From positions 1 to 26,161 of the forward strand of contig CANCGR010000001.1 in NCBI GenBank assembly GCA_947377625.1: DNA of 26,161 nt, in the 5' to 3' direction. Of this stretch, positions 22,869-26,161 are shown in pieces. A program made the position numbers and the translations under genes. Within the stretch, counting starts at the first letter, position 1; each line of letters starts with the position of its first letter. The notes below the pieces were generated by a model that had not been told where the DNA came from, did no database searches, and worked only from the letters and a program-made list of their open reading frames with translations. Source of the stretch: Gammaproteobacteria bacterium. Its GTDB lineage: Bacteria > Pseudomonadota > Gammaproteobacteria > Pseudomonadales > Pseudohongiellaceae.

Positions 22869-24503
22869 CTATTTTTTTGCACGTGGTTGGCCGGGCGCAA
22901 AAACATCGCCAAAGAAATCACCTTCAATCCACAGAGGCCGCTCATCGCTGTCGGCCATTGTGCGCGCGATAAGATAGTTCAGATGCGCAAATTTGGCGCC
23001 AGCCTGCCAGTCAATCTTCAGCGACATATCATCGCTGGGCTGGTGGTAGTGATTGGCCAGATAATCTTTCCACGCCGCGTCACCGCCATTGGCGCGGCCG
23101 GTGGTCAGGAACACGGCCGGCACGCCTTGCTTCACAAACATGTAGTGGTCGGAGCGGGTGAAGACGCCTTCTTCCGGCATCGGATCAGGGCTGAGTGCCA
23201 CCTGCAATTTTTCAGCGGCCTGACGCACAATTTTTCCCATCGTGCTGTGATCAGAACCGAAGGCAGTCACATCAGTGAAATCGTAAAGCAGCAGCGGCAT
23301 GTCGAGATCGACCAGCCCCACAATTTTTCCGATGGGCACACTGGGGTGGTGCGCAAAGAAATCGGCTCCCAGCAGCCCTTTTTCTTCGCCGGTGCTGGCA
23401 AAGAACAGAATGGAGCGGCGCGGTTTGCGCGGTGATTTGGCAAACGCTTGTGCCACTTCCAGCAACGTGGCGACACCGGCTGCATTATCGAGTGCGCCGT
23501 TGAAAATCTTGTCGCCGGTTCGCTCGGCACTGATGCCAAGATGATCGGCATGCCCCATCAGCACCACATATTCATCTTTCAGCACCGGGTCGCTGCCTGG
23601 GATCATTGCGACGATCTCCGGACTTTGCAGCTGATCGCGGTTGCTGCTGCGCTGCACACGTATCTTGCTGGCAAGCGGAAAGCCTTGTGGATTGCCGCCC
23701 TTTGCATCAGCAAGCTGACGGATTTGAGTGAAGGACTTCGGGGCTTTCGTGAATAACATTTCGGTGGCGGGGGTGTTGAGTGTAATGCCACCGGCTATCT
23801 GTGGCGCAGTGACGTAAGGTTCACCCTGCGGCGTCATCCATGTCATGCGTTTGTCATGCAGCGCTTCCAGCCGGCGCGCCCACGAACGTGTTGCGTCACT
23901 TTGGAGGGTGTTGATCAACACAACGCCAGTTGCACCATGTTTGGCTGCGACTTCCGCCTTGGTGCCGGTGTTGCCCAGATGCGCACCGATCTCGCTCTCC
24001 ATGCCTTTGGGATAGCCAGCCAGCGCGATCACGATCTTGCCGTTTACATCGAGGTTCTTGTAGTTGTTGATGCCAACGCGCGGCTCATCAATGCCGTAGC
24101 CTACGAAGACGGTGTCTGCTTCGACATCCTGTTTTGGTTGCAGCGGATTGGAGGCAATCATCACGTCACCGCCATTGGGCCAGTTCTTGCTGCCAGCTGG
24201 CCCGGTGATGGTAAGGGACGCGCCATCAGCAATGGTGTGCACCTGAAACGTCACCGGAATGTACCAGTCACCATTCAAGCCGGCTGGCGTGAGGCCTGCT
24301 TGCGCAAATTGCGCGGCGATGTAGCGTGCTGCAATGTCATAGCCACGGCTGCCGGTTTCACGACCTTCGAGCAGGTCGTCTGCCAGGAATGCGACATGGG
24401 CACGAATAGCCGCCGCAGAGAACTCAGGTTGCGGCTCGGCTGCGCTGGTGCTGCTGGCCCAAAACAGCGAAGTGATTAAGAGCGCAGAAAATTTCTTCAG
24501 CAT
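22869..24503 (-). CDS. M28 family metallo-aminopeptidase with PA domain, exported
   Basis: HVAFLADDLLEGRETGS, PA-domain FVGYGI...DVNGKIV, and Zn ligands GHADH, GALDNAAG, GEEKGLLG, VDLDM, RSDH and YHQPSDD. Signal peptide present. SD GGAGG. Confidence 0.93.
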   Translation of the reverse strand: MLKKFSALLITSLFWASSTSAAEPQPEFSAAAIRAHVAFLADDLLEGRETGSRGYDIAARYIAAQFAQAGLTPAGLNGDWYIPVTFQVHTIADGASLTITGPAGSKNWPNGGDVMIASNPLQPKQDVEADTVFVGYGIDEPRVGINNYKNLDVNGKIVIALAGYPKGMESEIGAHLGNTGTKAEVAAKHGATGVVLINTLQSDATRSWARRLEALHDKRMTWMTPQGEPYVTAPQIAGGITLNTPATEMLFTKAPKSFTQIRQLADAKGGNPQGFPLASKIRVQRSSNRDQLQSPEIVAMIPGSDPVLKDEYVVLMGHADHLGISAERTGDKIFNGALDNAAGVATLLEVAQAFAKSPRKPRRSILFFASTGEEKGLLGADFFAHHPSVPIGKIVGLVDLDMPLLLYDFTDVTAFGSDHSTMGKIVRQAAEKLQVALSPDPMPEEGVFTRSDHYMFVKQGVPAVFLTTGRANGGDAAWKDYLANHYHQPSDDMSLKIDWQAGAKFAHLNYLIARTMADSDERPLWIEGDFFGDVFAPGQPRAKK

Positions 24504-24565
24504 AAGCGTGCCTCCTGCACAGGGTCGTTATTTGCTGTTCGAAGAATCAGACTTGCGAGGAGTGG

Positions 24566-25426
24566 TTATTGACCCTTGGCTTTGGCCAACTGCGCAGCCA
24601 GCACATCATCAAATTTCTTTTCAAATTCGTTGACGTGAGCCTGATAACCCTGCGGGTCGATAAACGGATTGGGATCGCCTTCTTTGCGTGCTTTCAGCTT
24701 GGCGTATTTTTCGTCGAGCCCGTAAAACACGCCATGCGAACTTGCCCATACTTCCACCGGGAAACTGCGGGCTTTTTTGTGAGTGGCGCGGAAGTCCTCG
24801 ACGATGTTGGGGTAGTCCTTGTTATCAACAAACTGCATGCCCTGAATGTTCAGGCTGCACTCGATAAATCCGTAATAGGTCTTGCCGTTTTCCTTCAGCG
24901 GCAGGCTCCACGCCAGGCAACCTTTGGTGTGGCCAGGCAAGAGGTGTGCAGTAAGAGTAGTGCCACCAAGCGTTACGGTGTCGCCATCGTCAACGATGCG
25001 ATCGATGGGTTGCTTCTTGCCCTTGGGATTTTTGAAGCTCTCTGCATAAGGCACTTCCAGGCGGCCGACTACTACTTGCGCGCCAGTCAGTTCTTTCACC
25101 AGCGGATCACCTTCAATGTGATCAGGGTGTCCATGGCCACTGATCAAAATCTTGATGTCCTTGAAATTGAAGCCGAGCGCTTTCACGTTGGCCTGTATCA
25201 CCGGCACTGACTCTTCATAGTCGGTGCTCATCAAAATAAGGCCGGCCGGAGTGGTGATCAAAAACGACGACAGCTGGTTGGTACCAACGTAGTAGAGATT
25301 GTCCATGATCTTGTGGGCCGGGAACGGATCGTTCCAACCCTTGGGTTGGGCCAAGGCTGTGACTGGTAGCAGTGCCGTGAGGAGCAGGGGGCAGATTACG
25401 GTTTTCGTGAACGAGAATTTATTCAT
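24566..25426 (-). CDS. Subclass B3 metallo-beta-lactamase-like protein, exported, ~286 aa
   Basis: WNDPFPAHKIMDNLYYVGT, HGHPDH (25118-25135), DGDTVTLGG..LTAH..PGHTKGC..W and WASSHG. These supply the canonical His/His/His and Asp/His/His Zn ligands. Signal peptide present. Alternative TTG start at 25471. Confidence 0.88.
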   Translation of the reverse strand: MNKFSFTKTVICPLLLTALLPVTALAQPKGWNDPFPAHKIMDNLYYVGTNQLSSFLITTPAGLILMSTDYEESVPVIQANVKALGFNFKDIKILISGHGHPDHIEGDPLVKELTGAQVVVGRLEVPYAESFKNPKGKKQPIDRIVDDGDTVTLGGTTLTAHLLPGHTKGCLAWSLPLKENGKTYYGFIECSLNIQGMQFVDNKDYPNIVEDFRATHKKARSFPVEVWASSHGVFYGLDEKYAKLKARKEGDPNPFIDPQGYQAHVNEFEKKFDDVLAAQLAKAKGQ

Positions 25427-25480
25427 AGTTAGCGCCCCGGGAGGAAAACCGTAGTCGGTCCTCAAATTCAATTCTTCTGC

Positions 25481-25885
25481 TTATGGCTTGCTGTCTTTCT
25501 GACTGCTGCTGCCCATTTCCATCGTACGGCCGTCCGGAAACTCGATGTTGCGAGTATTGGCACGATGCGAGCCATCTTTGGACATAAAGCCGTTCACGAT
25601 GATCTTGGTGCCCGGCGGCAGTGAGTCCTTGGTCCAGCCCAGACGCAGCAATACGCCGGGCGAGCCGCCTTCCACCATCCATTCTTCATCCTTGCCTTCG
25701 GCATTTTTGACATTGATGTAGAGCCATGAGTGTGGATTCACCCACTGCATTTTGATGACAGTGCCTTCGAGCTTGACGACTTTGTTGGAATCAAATTCGG
25801 CGTAGAACGAGTGATGCGCCAGTGCCGGCAACGCCACGGCCATTAACACGCCTGCCACTATTTTTTTGATCAGTTTGCTGTTCAT
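25481..25885 (-). CDS. DUF6152-family exported protein
   Basis: Signal peptide ending ALA, followed by HHSFYAEFD. Also WVNPHSW, WMVEGGSP and GWTKDSL..G..I.VNG. SD GAGGA. Confidence 0.85.
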   Translation of the reverse strand: MNSKLIKKIVAGVLMAVALPALAHHSFYAEFDSNKVVKLEGTVIKMQWVNPHSWLYINVKNAEGKDEEWMVEGGSPGVLLRLGWTKDSLPPGTKIIVNGFMSKDGSHRANTRNIEFPDGRTMEMGSSSQKDSKP

Positions 25886-25939
25886 GGTTTTTTAGTCCTC
25901 AGTTTTGTCGTGAACGGTCGCCCGCAAGGGCATCGACAT

Positions 25940-26161
25940 TTACTTTAGTCCCATCAGATCGCTGTAAAGCAACTTGTCTGCAAACGGCACGCATTTGTGT
26001 TCAAGCAGTTGCGCATCGTTGTCAATCAAACGATAGAGCGGCATCTCGATGGTCCATGGTTTCGAGAAAGTCTGCGGGTCTTCCATCGTTGCTTCGTACC
26101 AGATGTGGTTGCTGTCGAGCAGTTTGAAGCGCTCGGTCACTTTCAATTCATTGCTGTGGAA
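25940..26161 (-). CDS. Conserved hypothetical protein, C-terminal part only (family that typically neighbours DUF6152); 5' end lies beyond the window
   Basis: Frame is open to the window edge: FHSNELKVTERFKLLDSNHIWYEATMEDPQTFSKPWTIEMPLYR...LLEHKCV. It matches the recurring pattern H-S-x2-L-x-V-x-E-R-F...Y-E-A-T-x-E-D-P-x2-F-x2-P-W. Confidence 0.75.
   Translation of the reverse strand, partial: FHSNELKVTERFKLLDSNHIWYEATMEDPQTFSKPWTIEMPLYRLIDNDAQLLEHKCVPFADKLLYSDLMGLK

Noticed and set aside
22869-26161. Mobile resistance cassette around the B3 MBL
   Set aside because: There is no integrase, attC site, IS ends, target-site duplication or obvious compositional shift.

Overview
This is a chromosomal-looking bacterial window with no rRNA, tRNA, CRISPR array, transposase or integrase. 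Gene content and codon style suggest a Gammaproteobacterium (inference). It holds about 18 CDSs. In order: partial cstA; multicopper oxidase; START-like/Cys4/class III adenylate cyclase; iorAB-like molybdo-oxidoreductase; TPR/TonB_C-like protein; a co-directional DUF1592 (two CxxCH)-DUF1552 (Tat, HxxSHH)-ankyrin-(cytochrome c/sorbosone dehydrogenase fusion) cluster; a divergent ftrA/rhodanese pair; a CBM9/DUF5916-like outer-membrane protein; an FkbM methyltransferase; and a minus-strand run of a partial hypothetical protein, DUF6152, a subclass B3 metallo-beta-lactamase and an M28 peptidase. About 11 products carry export signals. The best leads are: (i) the functionally undefined periplasmic heme/metal module at 10053-17602, with a sigma70 promoter, a hairpin-rich ~200-nt leader and an internal REP-like doublet; (ii) a candidate ~125-nt sRNA on the minus strand at ~19149-19274, with its own promoter, operator-like palindromes, a C-rich loop and an intrinsic terminator; (iii) a sensor adenylate cyclase with a CxxC-x18-CxxC motif; and (iv) a non-mobile B3 MBL in a DUF6152-linked operon. 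All domain names come from recognised motifs, not from database searches.
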